A DNA stretch of 64,000 nucleotides, taken from assembly GCF_009914755.1 (NCBI RefSeq), contig NC_060947.1. One strand, given 5' to 3'. Origin of the DNA: the human T2T-CHM13v2.0 reference genome, Homo sapiens. A model generated the notes under the pieces. The model was not told the DNA's origin and did not search any database. It worked only from the letters and a program-made list of their open reading frames with translations. Of the stretch, positions 1 to 15,175 are shown piece by piece. Each line of letters opens with the position of its first letter. Positions within the stretch are counted from its first letter, which is position 1. The translations under genes and the position numbers were made by a program.

Positions 1-789
1 AGTGTGGCTAGGAGGCTCCTGTGGGGCCTGTTCTTGACTCCTGATGCTTGGAAGCAAGTGAACAGTCTGAAGCCCTTCCACTGCCGTTGGCTTCATCTTC
101 AGCCTGCCAAGGCACTTCACTCACTCATTTCCACCCTCTTATTTACAACCCCAAGATGTAGAGTTCCTTGGAGTAAACAATACAGATTTGGAGATGAAGC
201 ACTTTCCATCTCAGGATTGTGGCCTGTGGATGGAACAGTGGGGTAGTGGTGGTGGAAGGTGGAAAGTGTGGATGTATGGAGAAGGCAGGTTGCTCACCTC
301 GCACACTTAGGGGTGATGGTGGCAGTAGCTCTTAGGTTTCCTTCAGACTTTTGCTTCTGCTCCCCTGTCCCGTGACATCTGACTCTTGCCTCCCAGAAGA
401 CTCTTGTTCAGTGTTTAAATTGGCTTTATCACCAAATTAGGTATTTGCAGCTGGACTTGGTAGGGATGGAATCACATAAGACCAAGAATAGGTGTCAGAG
501 CTCGGACAAAAATAATGACAGGAAATGGATTGTGTAAAGGTGCCAGAGTTGGACTACTGGAACAAAGCGAGAGACATTTTGTGCAGGGATGGGGGGAGTA
601 TTTGCAACCTGGCTCCAATTGGATACAGGACATCCTATCTCTGGCCTCATGTGTGTGAGTCTGTTCCAACTGATGGCTCTAATGAGACCACATTTTGTAA
701 TTTTAACACATAAACCTTAGAAGCTTGAAGGTTTAGAGATAAAGCTTTCAGCTGAAACAATAATAGCTGCCTTTGGCTGCCTTCCTCCT

Positions 790-985
790 TTGTACCAGGA
801 ACTTTCTATCTGTTATCTCATTTAAGCTTCCCAGCAACACTGTTGAGACAGCCATTGTATCCCATTTTGCAGAGAGGGAAACTGAATTTCAGGGATGTTA
901 AGTAACTTGTGTAAGGCTTCACAACTTTTAAGTGCAGGCACTGGGATTGCAGGCCAGGGATGTCAAACTCCAAAGCCCATGAAAA
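790..985 (-). mobile_element. MIR SINE remnant
   Basis: cccattttgcagagagggaaactgaa...aagtaacttgtgtaagg resembles the reverse complement of the MIR core. Confidence 0.65.
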
Positions 986-1108
986 CTCTTCTTTGCTGCC
1001 TTCCAAACAAGCAGTCTAAAAGGCATTCTGCAGATAACCCAGTTCATTAGACCGATTGCAGCTTTTAGAACAATTTAGTTGTTATCTTGCCTTTATTCCT
1101 ATTATCTC

Positions 1109-1204
1109 TCTCTCTCTCTCTTTTTTTTTTTTTTGAGACGGAGTCTCCCACTGTCACCCAGGCTGGGGTGCAGTGGTGCGATCTCAGCTCACTGCAAGCT
1201 CTGC
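1109..1204 (-). mobile_element. 5'-truncated Alu (right-arm end only)
   Basis: (TC)n/poly-T followed by gagacggagtctc...ctcactgcaagctctg; flanked by cctattatctc at 1098-1108 and 1205-1215. Confidence 0.9.
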
Positions 1205-1221
1205 CCTATTATCTCATTTTT

Positions 1222-3230
<2,009 letters not shown>

Positions 3231-4139
3231 AGTGGGGAAGACAAATGTGGTCCTCATTCTAAATGGGCTCCTCTCTGTCAACCACAGCTCTATTTCCTTC
3301 TCACCACATGGGGTAGGCCATCCCCATGCACAACTCACACTTTTAAGCCTATGTGCCTTAGGCTACTTTCTCAGCCTAGAATGCTTGCCCTCACTCCTCT
3401 ACTTAACAAGATCCTATTCTACTCTACTCAGTTAAGGACTGTGTCATATGCCCCTTCTCAGAGAAATTTCTTGGTTGCTCCCCGTCCCAGGTGGAATAAA
3501 TTGCTCTTGTCTTTTTGCTTCCACCTTCATTAGTGTACCCTTTATTTTGTCTTTCTGTAGAGTTTAGCTCATTGTTTACCCGTCTTCCCTACTAGGTTCC
3601 CAGGCACTTGAGGGCAGGCACCAAATTCTATTCACTCTAGCTCCATGGTGGTTTACCCCCAATGATTTAGTGGATGATCAATACATGTTTGTGAGCAGAC
3701 CAAAGGACTGGGTGAGAGATGTCCCCAATGAACAGACAAATGCATTCATTTGTGGCTGGATCCTGGGGCAGTCACACAGGCTACCCATGTGGACTAGACT
3801 GGCTCGGACAGTCTGGAATCCCCTGGGCTCATTTTACTAGGCTGTAAACATAGGAGGCAGGTCAGGGTACAGGTGATATCTTCTCAAGGCCAACTCTAGG
3901 TCCATTCGGTGGTCTGTACTTTGAATTCATGTCAAGGGGCCAGGCTCTCCTAGATTATTTATGTTGCACCTTCCCATTCGTGGAAGAAAGGGCTTCCCTG
4001 CCTCCCTTAGGAACACAAAATGTGTTCCTACATGCCTCTTTATCTGCTTCTGGCTGTCCTGAGAGTGTCTGGAAGGAGCATGTGCTCTGTGGAGACATAG
4101 TGAGGTCCAGAAGCATCTTTTTTTTGGATATCTTTTATC

Positions 4140-4350
4140 GAGGCCACTATATTATGGATTCTCAACCACTTTATCTCATTTTATGTTACTAATCTCTGCC
4201 ACAATGTTTTGAGGTGGGTCTTAATGTCCTGGTTTTGTATCTGAAGAACCTGAGACTGAATGAAATGTCTTGCCCAAGGTCACACAATTAAGTAAGTGGC
4301 AGAGGCAGTATTCAGTCTCGGGTCTGTCTGCCCTTTCCAAAGCCTGGCAT
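4140..4350 (-). mobile_element. MIR SINE remnant
   Basis: cttgcccaaggtcacacaattaagtaagtggcagagg MIR core. Confidence 0.65.
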
Positions 4351-4716
4351 CTTAATAGAAAATACTTTGGAGAAACTTGATCTTCACTCCCATAAAATGG
4401 AAAGGATTGGATTTATACAATGGATTACATATTTAAGGTGAGATGTTTCTCAATTATTGTTCACTTTTGGTCCCCCAAAATGATTTACAAAAATGGCAGA
4501 AGGAGTTGGGGATTGAAAAGTACAATTTCTCTATCAACTACTGGCCTGAATGCCCCCATGTCAACCCCCTCTGACAGATATAGTATGGAGATGACTACAA
4601 ATTATTTTGCCCTTTCTGCTCCTTTTACAGCTCAGGTGGGTAAGGCTCCAAGATGTCATTGAATTTCTAAAGGTCACACATCAAGTTAATAACAAAACTC
4701 ACTTAGAATGCTGGTA

Positions 4717-4801
4717 TCTCATACTACCCCACTTGCTTCCTGGCCTTTCTGGGGTTGGTACAATAGTTGGGAGTCCTTGCACTGCCAAATCCTAGCCCAG
4801 T
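4717..4801 (+). repeat. About 80-bp direct repeat, copy 1 (copy 2 at 6116-6198)
   Basis: tctcatacta..cc..tgcttcctggcctttctggggt....caatagtt.ggagtccttgcactgcc occurs at both positions. Confidence 0.85.
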
Positions 4802-5330
4802 TTTCTTTCTGCTAAATCATCCTGCCTTATGGCATCAGTGAACACATGTTTATAAATGGCAGGGAGGAAGTGGAACATTATTGCGCTCTGAGGTAGAAGA
4901 GGGAACAAACATTTACCTCACTACCTGTACTTATTTAGGTGCAGGTAAGATTTGGGAAAGAAGACCTTTGGTAGGAGAGCTGAGGACTGTTGGGGGCTCC
5001 TGTGGATTTAGTGGCCTGGGTATCTGGGAGGAGTCCCCTTTGGCTCTGGAGAAATGGAAGTGGGGCTGCCAGGGGCTAGAGGTGCCCCAGAGGGATGCAA
5101 ATAGTGGGCCTCTTGAGCTTTTACTCCTGCTCAGTTCTCAGCTAAAGGGTAAGAGGCAGAGGGACCCTCCCAGTGTACTGGCCATGAGCGTTAAGGAAGC
5201 TGAGGCTTAAGGCCATCATGGAATGCGGAGGAGGGGGAGGTGGTGATGGGCTGAGTACAGGAGGCTGAGCCTCCATGTCTCTCCACCAAGAGGTGAGTGT
5301 GGCTCCAGGGGAGGGGAGTGGTGGTACAGT

Positions 5331-5595
5331 GAGACTGTGGGAAAATGGATGGAGCAGGGTGGTATGAATGAGACTGTGGGGATATGGATGGAGTGGGGTG
5401 GGGTATGAATGAGATTGTGAGGATATGGATGGAGCAGGGGGGATAGAATGAGACTGAGGGGATATGGATAGAGTGGGGGGTATGAATGAGACTGTAGGGA
5501 TATGGATGTAGTGGGGGGGATAGAATGAGATTGAGGGGATATGGATGGAGCAGGGGGGATAGGATGGGATTGTGGGGATATGGATGGAGCAGGGA
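5331..5595 (+). repeat. G-rich minisatellite, about 7 copies of a ~39-bp unit
   Basis: Unit gagactgtggggatatggatggagcaggggggatagaat recurs near 5331, 5370, 5411, 5450, 5488, 5527 and 5566. Confidence 0.9.
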
Positions 5596-6115
5596 GAAGG
5601 GGCTAGGGAAGAGCAGAGCTAATGGGAGTGATTCTGGAAGGAGTAGCACGCCAAGGCTGATTCTGGGCCTGGCAGCCCCGGGAAGGCTGCATTAGGCTTC
5701 TTGCAGTGTGTGGCTTCTACTCCTCCATGGGGACCTGATCCTGGACTCTGTGGTCCCCCATTGGCCTGCTAGCTTAATTAGAGTCCCAACCTTCATGCCC
5801 CCCATCACATAGCCCAGGGTTCGGTGGGAAACCTGTGGGTCTGCTGTTCCTGCCAGGCTTCCTGTCCCTGTCAGTGTAGATGGAAGCCCTCCAGCCTGGC
5901 CATCATGTCCCTCCCCCTCTCCCCTGTCTTCCTGCCCCACACCCACACAGCTCTGTGCTCTTTCCCTGAGGTTCCAGCTCTGGCTGCTGCACCCCCTGTC
6001 TCGTCATTCCAGGGACCCCCTCTTTCCTCCCCGGCAAACTCCCTCAGATCTGCTCTGAGCATTCATTTTTTTTCGATCCCAAAGTTCCTTCATATGTCCT
6101 GGCTTCCAAGTTGCT

Positions 6116-6198
6116 TCTCATACTAGCCATCTGCTTCCTGGCCTTTCTGGGGTAAGGAGCAATAGTTTGGAGTCCTTGCACTGCCTATTCTATCTAGT
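6116..6198 (+). repeat. About 80-bp direct repeat, copy 2
   Basis: Aligns with 4717-4801. Confidence 0.85.
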
Positions 6199-6199
6199 A

Positions 6200-6422
6200 C
6201 AGTGGTGCTGAGCTGGGAACAGTTTTGCCTCCCTGGGGACGTTTGGCAAGGTCTCAAGATATTTTTGGGTCATCATACTGGGTATGTCACCACAGGTGCT
6301 ACCAGCACGCACTCAGCCGAAGCCAGGAAGCCTCTGAATATCCTCCAATGCACAGGACAGGGACCAAGAATAAAAAATTATCCTGCCCAAAATGTCAATA
6401 GCACTGAATTTAAGAAACCCTG
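6200..6422 (+). mobile_element. MER20-like hAT DNA transposon
   Basis: Ends cagtggtgctgagc.../...aatgtcaatagcactgaatttaagaaaccctg; internal cctggggacgtttggcaa and tcctccaatgcacaggacag. Confidence 0.8.
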
Positions 6423-7130
6423 CTCTATTATATAGCTACAGGTCTACAGGGTTAGGTTTGGAAATTGCCAGGTGCTCATCCTTTAGGCACTGAACTTCCA
6501 GGAGTAGCTGCTCTTTCCCTTCCCCACTTGCTGGAGGGGGACTGGGCATAGCCATGAAACAGCTACAACTTGGGCAGGAATCTATGGAGAGAAAAGTGAG
6601 GGGAGATTCCCCTTACCCAAATTTAATACCAACTTTTAGAGAAAGCGTTGCACTTCAACTGTTAAATGCCTTTCTGCCTCTGCAAGATAGTGCCAGGTTT
6701 TTTTTTTTTTTTTTGAAACAGAATAGCAACTTATTATTCTAGTAGTTTATAGAATGCACAGTTTTATGTCGTGAAAGTTGATGCATTAAGTTTTGGAGTC
6801 TTCCCCTCCTCTATTTCATGTTCTTCAAGTAATCCTTCTTTGAATATTGGAATATTTGCTGTGTCAGCAAAATACTGTAGTGGTGGCTCTGTCCAGAAAA
6901 ACCGATTGCCTTTCTTTTAATTTAAGGTTAATGAATTCTGAATTTCTTAAGGGTGTGCTTATATATCAGAAACTGGCTCAAAGAGTTGCTTGTTTCTGTC
7001 GACCTGAGTTTCTTAGGGTTCATTTCCAATTAAGCAATGAGAATGCTTGCCAACGGAATTAATTGGTCGCTCTAATCTCTTTTTTTCCACCCTTGCCAGT
7101 TTCTTCCACCTGCACCCAGTTGTCTTCAGC

Positions 7131-8053
7131 ATGGGGGAGCAGAACCACTCTCCCAGGAAGGAGCTTCAGCACAGAACACAAGCAGAGGCTCCAGGAAAGA
7201 AAAGCTGGCACTCCCAGGCCTATGCCCTTGGGGCTGTTTCCAACTCTATGTCTACTTTTCTGACCTTTCCTATCTATAAGGTTGTGTTTCGGCAACAGAT
7301 CCATGCCATGGCAGTGTCAGAGGCTGTGAGACACTTTGGCACGAAGGTCCTCAATACTTCTACCGGGGAATCTACCCTCCTCTTCTCTCCAAGATGTTGC
7401 AAGGGACTCTTCTGTTTGGGACTTATGATAGCCTGCTGTGCTTTCTCTCTCCTGTTGGGCCACACACCCTGGGACGCCACTGGGCTGCAGGGATCATGTC
7501 TGGCCTGGTGGAGGCTGTGGCACTCAGCCCCTTTGAAAGGGTGCAAAATGTGCTCCAGGATGGTTGCAAGCAAGCTCGCTTACCCAGCACCTTCAGCATT
7601 CTTGAGGAATTCAATTCTTATGGGCTTTGGGGGCGGCTGTCACGGGGCTACTACCATGGTTTCTGGCCTGTCCTGGCCAGGAACAGCCTGGGGAGCACTC
7701 TATATTTTTCTTTCCAGGACCCCATGCAGGATGGCCTGGCAGAGCAAGGCCTGGCCCATTGGGTTCCTGCCTTGGTGTCTGGTAGTGTCAATGAAACAAT
7801 CACCTGCCTAGTTCTGTATCCTCCGATTGTGCTGGCTGCTAATATGCAGTCCCATATTGGATGGCAGAACATGCCAAGCCTGTGGGCCTCTGCCCAGGAT
7901 GTGTGGAACACTTGGGGCCAAAAGCTTCTCCTGATCTACCGTGGAGGCTCCCTGGTCATCCTAAGGTCCAGTGTGACATGGGGCCTCACTACGGCAATCC
8001 ATGACTTCCTGCAGAGGAAGTCACACTCCAGGAAAGAGCTGAAGACTGACTAG
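7131..8053 (+). pseudogene. SLC25A53P1: SLC25A53 (MCART6) mitochondrial carrier pseudogene, duplicated type, 1-bp deletion after 7333
   Basis: ATG 7131 MGEQNHSP...AVSEAVR, then the frame shifts to LWHEGPQYFYRG...KSHSRKELKTD* (TAG 8051-8053). 923 nt is one base short of 308 codons. Upstream pyrimidine tract and AG acceptor (ccttgccag, 7099); no poly(A) tail or TSD seen. Symbol assigned from recall. Confidence 0.9.
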
Positions 8054-8880
8054 CTGCAGAAAGTGTGGCCATGCCACCTTTGTTATTCTGAATCTTCCCT
8101 GGTTGGTTCTATATAGCTTACTTCTTTGGCTCGGTTGCCTAATACAGCCATCTTTTAGCATCTGTAAACTCATTGCATGGGAGAAGTTCCCAACTACCAA
8201 CCTGTTGAGCAAGGACAAAGCCCAAAAGTATTCCTTAGTCAAAAAGAAACGTTCGCCCCAGTCTCTCCACAGCTTCAGTAGCCTCAGAGCCAGGAGGCCT
8301 TTAAATAACATGTAACCCAGATTAAGTGTCATTCCTTTAAGGAATTCCTTGGCAATAAACAGAAACTTAAAAAGATAACCTTACTTAGGCACTCTGAGCT
8401 CTGGGACCCCTCTAGGTGTCCTCCAGACCAAACTGAGTGGAACTCCAATTTCAAAGAACTGTGCTTGACTCTTAGGATGGGAATTCCATAAAACTTCTCA
8501 GATGGCTACATTTTCATGATATTGTTCACTGCCTCTACCACCACCTCTCACTTCTCAAGGCTGTGGGTCCTACTTTCAGGGTAGCAGCTGTGGCTGGAAA
8601 TCCTAAATTAGGCTTGCATGAACTCGTCAGGTGCCACAAGAACTAGTGGGGCTGGAGATGGGAATGGGAAGAAGTGTGACCCATGGATGGAAATGATAAA
8701 ACTTTGAAAGAAGAGATTTAATTACATGCAAAATAGAAACATTTGCTATAGTCTGCTTGGTGTTATCTGTTAGGACATTTCTGAGAGCAAGGTGATAACA
8801 TTGCCCAGAAACGATTTGAGTTTCCCCAAGAAACCTGGAAGTGAAGTGACCATATCTCTTCACAGATAATTGCATATTTT

Positions 8881-9047
8881 TAAAAATTATTTTATTTTAT
8901 TTTATTTTATTATTATTATACTTTAAGTTTTAGGGTACATGTGCACAATGTGCAGGTTAGTTACATATGTATACATGTGCCATGCTGGTGTGCTGCACCA
9001 ATTAACTCGTCATTTAGCATTAGGTATATCTCCTAATGCTATCCCTA
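8881..9047 (-). mobile_element. Very short, young L1PA 3' end (about L1PA3)
   Basis: ctttaagttttagggtacatgtgcacaatgtgcagg...cctaatgctatccct; 15-bp TSD ataattgcatatttt at 8866-8880 and 9048-9062. Confidence 0.92.
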
Positions 9048-9758
9048 ATAATTGCATATTTTGTTGATGTGGTAAATGTAGTTAGTATGACATAAAGATC
9101 AGAAATCTTAGCCTGTCATTCAGAGCCATTCAAAATATGCTCCTTATATAACTTTCAACATATTTTCACTCCACTTACATAAACCCCAAACACTAGCCAT
9201 AATGAACCTTGTTCTCTCCCCAAACATTCCATGAACTTTCCCATGGCCATACTTTGGCCCACACTATTCTTTCCACCTGCAGTGCTCCTTCTTCACATGC
9301 CAGTCTACCAAAATCCTTCCAGCTCCTCGAAGCCCAGCTCAGAGGTCACCTTCTCTTTGGAGCCTCTTGATTTCCCCCAAGTGAATGTGACATTAGTCTC
9401 TGTGATGCCCCTTTCTAACAGCACTTCATAGATGGTACTGATTCTGTTATGTCACTAATCTCATGTGACCCTGTGTTCTTGTATTCTTCAATACCTCCCA
9501 CTAGACCGTAAAACTTATTGAAAGCAGGGATTCTTGTATGCATTTTAAAATCTTCCATTGTGCCTAGGTGCTCAATAACATTGGTCGAATTACTGAATTG
9601 ATTATCAAGCTCTGATGTGGTATAGCCTCCGGTTGCTGTCCCTTGCACATGAAGATAAAGTTATTGACTCACTGTCAGTAAGACACATGCCTTGGAGCTG
9701 TGTTTTTATTTTCTTTTAATAGTGGATTTAGTTTTGTGCTAATGATAATGATGCTGTT

Positions 9759-9759
9759 G

Positions 9760-9799
<40 letters not shown>
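9759..9799. repeat. (TAA)n microsatellite
   Basis: About 13 TAA units. Confidence 0.95.
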
Positions 9800-9801
<2 letters not shown>

Positions 9802-10672
9802 TACTTTCAACTGGAACATTTGATGGGTTTGTGTTACTGATGGCATATTTGCTATTAGCACCAGTTCAGGAACTGAAATTTCACAAACAGATTCACAATA
9901 TATAACAGTCCCATTTGTTTCAACTCTGGGATTTTGAGGATTTCCAAGATGACATGTGTTATAGTTTCCCCCTACAGATATCTCAGTAATGCCCTCCACT
10001 TGCATCTCCTTACTGAACCAAATTTGTCCTGTATTTGTCTTACCAGGTTGTAGTTCTAGCAGTGAGAACTTCTCACTGAATGCCACAGAAATTAAAGACA
10101 CAGTTGTTGGAGGTATGATGTCAGACAGCATTTGTCACCAAGGTTGGCAGAAAATGGCTAGTCCAGGAGAGTTGAAAATGAGCTTCCACATCTGCAAATC
10201 GGGATGTGTTGGAACAGTACTCAACTTGTGGATTCAAGGAAGTATGAACACAGAGTCTGCATAAGGAAAGGAAAAAGATGCATTTATCTCCTAATTACAC
10301 TGGTGATTTCCACTTATGTCACTCTGTACATCCATGTCCCTTTCTTCATTTTAACTTCTTATTTAAAAATAATTTCAAACATTTAAAAATGTTGCAAGCA
10401 TAAATAAAGCTTAAAGAACACCCATGTCCCCTTTACCCTAATTCCCCTATTATTAATGTTTCTCCCCATTTGCTTTATTATTTAAGTGTGCACTCTGTCT
10501 ATACACACACAGGATATTTTTTCCCTGAACTGTGAATTGCATACATCAATTTTCAGTATTCCTCGATTCAATGTTTGCAAATCCAAATTCTTTTAAAAAA
10601 GACTGTGTTTTATCTCTATGACAATGGAACCGTTATTGCAGAATATTATAAAATGAAAAGTCACATGGTATA

Positions 10673-11510
10673 TGTGATACTGTGAAATATATATTTGCTC
10701 TTCGATCCTGTTTCCTGGCATGCAACTCTTAAAATCCTTAGAATTTCCAAAGTGATATCTTTTTGTATGCTAATAATTGACTGATGGCTGGCAGCCTCTG
10801 GTTGCTTCAGGATGGGAACTAGTCACCAGAGAGACCAAGGCGCCATTAGAGGGTTGGGACTTAACAGCCTCATTCCCGACCTCCAGGGAGGGGAGAGGGG
10901 TGGAAGGTTAAGTCGATCACCAGTGGCCAATGATTTAATCAATCATACCTATGTAATGGAGCTTCCATAAAATCCCCAAGGAACTGGGTTTGGTTAGCTT
11001 CCAGATAGCTGAATATATGGAGGTTCCTGGAGGGTGGTGACCCAAGGAGGGCATGGAAGCTCTGAGCCCCTTCCCCAGTACCTCACCCTATGCATCTCTT
11101 CATCTCTATCCTTTGCAATATCCTTTATAATAAACTGGTCAACGTTAGGTATTTCCCTGAGTTCTGTGAGCCTTTCTGACAAATTAATCAAACCCAAAGA
11201 GGGGGTCATGTGAACCGAAACTTGAAGCCCATCTGTCAGAAGTTCTGGAGGACTGGATTTGCGACTGGTGTCTGAAGGGCCTGGGAACAGTCTTGTGAGA
11301 CCTAGTCCTCAGCTTGTGGGATATGACGCTATCTCCAGGTAGATTTGTGTCAGAATTGAATTGGAGTACACCCAGCTGGTGTTTGCTGCAGAACTGATTG
11401 CTCACTTAGTGTGTGGGAAAACCCCACACATTTGAACATGGAAATATTCTTTGTTGATTGCCGTGATGTGAAAGCAAAGGAAAAAGTTTGTGTGTTTTCC
11501 CCTCAGAGCA
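10673..11510. mobile_element. Solo LTR, MER21-like
   Basis: tgtgatactgtgaaatatatatttg...ctagtcaccagagagaccaagg...gacctccagggaggggagagggg...taatcaaacccaaagagggggtcatg resembles the MER21 family. Confidence 0.75.
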
Positions 11511-12859
11511 TATTTTAAAGCTAAGTTGCTAATAATTGCTTAAATTTACTATATTTGCCTTTATAAAAACTTTATGTATGTTTAAAGCTTGAAGCTATTC
11601 AATTATAATATAAACGTGGATTTACAACTGAAGCATGTTATAATTTAAATAATTGAGTTTTACAAATTGGTTCATATAAAATCCTAGGCAATACTGTAAA
11701 ATTATACAGACTTGTCAACTTTTTCCACTTAAATCTTCTGAGCAAAATTTAAGGGTGTAGTAGTTTTCAAGTAATTTCAAATGTCAATATTAATATTTAG
11801 TTTTGTGATGTTTATGTGGGCATATTTTCTGATATAAAAAATGACTTTTAGGAGTTGAGATCAATAAAATAAGGAGGTAATAAATACCTACATCTGTTTA
11901 AAGACATAAAATATACAATTTAACACTAAAGCTACTTGGTATAAAAAGTCAAAAGAAAAAGAATAAAAAGCCATCACAAAACACAATATATGCATGATAT
12001 ATATTTTTGTCTAAATATAAGCTACATCAGCTTTTCTAGAGCTCAAGTTGAAATAATAAATAACTAATGTTTTATGACAAATCATTATATGGTTTATTTA
12101 GACAATTTTGCTTTTACAACTTATTTTTAAACATTAAATAGCATTATAATTTTACTGGGATAATGACATATAGTGTAGTACATTAAAGTTATATATAAAA
12201 TAATGTTGCATATGAGAGAAAAAGCATAATAAATCAGAAACTATAAAAAGCTTTCATAAAATAATAGGATAAAAATACTGTATTTCTCTAGTCTGTTCAC
12301 TCTCCAATGTCTCTGGTTCTTTCATATCATCTTTCTTCCCTCAAATCTTTTAATATACCCTCCCTCATCATTTCCAACTAGTGACCTTGCTTTCTATTTC
12401 TTTAAGAAAAGAGATACGCTCAGACGAGAATTGCCAGTTTAAAGAACATTTTTAAAGCTATCACCCATGTAATAACTAGCCCGGGCAAGAAATAGAGCCC
12501 TTTAATAACCTACTCCTCTCCCCCCGCCAATGATGATATCCCTTCTTCCATCTTAGGGTTAGCCCCCATGCTGACTTTTGTGATAATCATTTCTTTGCTT
12601 TTGTTTATAGGTTTTCTTCCTTATAAGCATCCCTAACCAACAGTTTTGTTTTACAGATGTTTGAACATTATATACTTTATAAACTTGGAATTGTGACTAT
12701 CTTGTTTCACTCCACATTGCTTGTGATACTCATCGATATTGCAGATAGCTGTAGTTGATCCATTTTTATTGTTGTACAGTTTACCATTGTACCATAATTT
12801 ATTCATGATAAGTTTGAGGGTCATTCTGGTTGTTTGCAGGGTTTTCTTTTCTTTCTTTT

Positions 12860-13368
12860 TCTCTCTTTTTTTTTTTTTTACAATTCATTCGTTTTATTGA
12901 TGCATAATAATTGTATATGTTTCTGGGGTACATTTGATATTTTGATACATGCGTACAATATGTAATGGTCAAATCAAGGTAATTGGGATATCCATCAGCT
13001 CAAATTTATCATTTCTTTGTGTGGGAAACATTCCAAATCTCTTCTAGCTATTTTGAAATACACAATAAATTGAATACTATGGTCACTCTGTTGTGCTATT
13101 GAACGCAGAACTTATTCCTTCTCTCTAACTCTATTTTTGCACCCATTAACCAATCTCTCTTCATTCGCCCCTCTGCAGGACCCTTCCCAGCCTCTGTTAA
13201 CCACAGTTCTACTCTCCACCACCTTGAGATCAACTTTTTTAGCTCTCCCATATGAGTGAGGACATGTGATATTTGCCTTTCTGTGCCTGGATTATTTCAC
13301 TTCACATTTCACTTCACATAATGTCCTCTGAGCACATCTATGTTGCCAGAAATGACAGGATTGCATTA
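12860..13368 (-). mobile_element. L1MA-type 3' end, left part (continues at 20209-20600)
   Basis: Poly-T then ttttattgatgcataataattgtatatg...caaatcaaggtaattgggatatccatc; broken at aatgacaggattgcatt. Confidence 0.75.
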
Positions 13369-14872
13369 GTTTTTTTTTTTTATTATTGTACTTTAAGTTC
13401 TGGGATACATGTGCAGAACCTGCAGGTTTGTAACGTAGGTGTACATGTGCCATAGTGGTTTGCTGCACACATCAATCCGTCATCTACATTAGGTATTTCT
13501 CCTAATGCTATCCCTCCCCTTGCCCCCCGCTCCCAGACAGGCCCCAGTGTGTGATGTTCCCCTCCCTGTGCCCATATGTTCTCATTGTTCAACTCCCACT
13601 TATGAGTGAGAGCGTGCAGTGTTTGGTTTTCTGTTCCTGTATTAGTTTGCTGAGAATGATGGTTTCCAGCTTCATCCATGTCCCTGCAAAAGACATTAAC
13701 TCATTCTTTTTTATGGCTGCATATTATTCCATGGTGTATATATGCCACATTTTCTTTATCCAGTCTGTCATTGATGGGTATTTGGGTTGGTTCCGAGTCT
13801 TTGCTATTGTGAATAGTGCTGCAGTAAACATACGTGTGCATGTGTCTTTGAAGTAGAATGATGTATAATCCTTTGGGTATATACCCAGTAATGAGATTGC
13901 TGAGTCAAATGGTATTTCTAGTTCTAGATCCTTGAGGAATCACCATACTTTCTTCCACAATGGTTGAACTAATTTATACACCCACCAACAGTGTAAAAGC
14001 ATTCCTATTTCTCCACATCCTGTCCAGCATCTGTTGTTTCTTGACTTTTTAATGTTCGCCACTCTAACTGGCGTGAGATGGTGTCTCATTGTGGTTTTGA
14101 TTTGCATTTCTCTAATGACCAACGATGATGAGCTTTTTTGTGTGTGTGTTTGTTGGCCGCATAAATGTCTTCTTTTGAGAAGTGTCTGTTCATATCCTGT
14201 GCCCACTTTTTGATGGGGTTTTTGTTTTTTTCTTATACATTTGTTTAAGTTCCTTGTAGATTCTGGATATTAGCCCTTTGTCAAATGGATAGATGTCAAA
14301 AATTTCCCCCCATTCTGTAGGTTGCCTGTTCTCTTGGATGAGAGTTTCTTTTGCTGTGCGGAAGCTCTTTAGTTAGTTAGATCCCATTTGTCAATTTTGG
14401 CTTTTGTTTTAATTGCTTTTTGCATTTTAGTCATGAAGTCATTGCCCATGCCTATGTCCTGAGTGGTATTGCCTAGGTTTTCTTCTAGGGTTTTTATGGT
14501 TTTAGGTCTTACGTTTAAATCTTTAATCCAATTCGAGTTAATTTTTGTATAAGGTGTAAGGAAAGGGTCCAGTTTCAGTTTTCTGCATATGGCTAGCTTG
14601 TTTTCCCAACACCATTTATTAAATAGGGAATCCTTTCCCCATTGCTTTTGTCAGATTTGTCAAAGATCAGATGGTTGTAGGTGTGTGGTGTTATTTCTGA
14701 GGCCTCTGCTCTGTTCCATTGGTCTATATATCTGTTTTGGTACCAGTACCATGCTGTTTTGGTTACTGTGGCCTCGTAGTATATTTTGAAGTCAGATAGC
14801 ATGCCTTCAGCTTTGTTCTTTTTGCTTAGGATTGTCTTGGCAATGCGGGCTCTTTTTTGGTTACATAGGAGT

Positions 14873-15175
<303 letters not shown>

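Noticed and set aside
5331-5595. Regularly spaced repeats resembling a CRISPR array
   Set aside because: Head-to-tail tandem units with no unique spacers, in primate DNA
5191-5649. 152-aa Pro/His-rich ORF on the minus strand
   Set aside because: Translation of the minisatellite
9739-10264. 130-aa and 91-aa ORFs in apparently unique sequence
   Set aside because: No recognisable homology; the poly-Tyr end comes from the (TAA)n repeat. Could be an old transposon remnant but I cannot assign it
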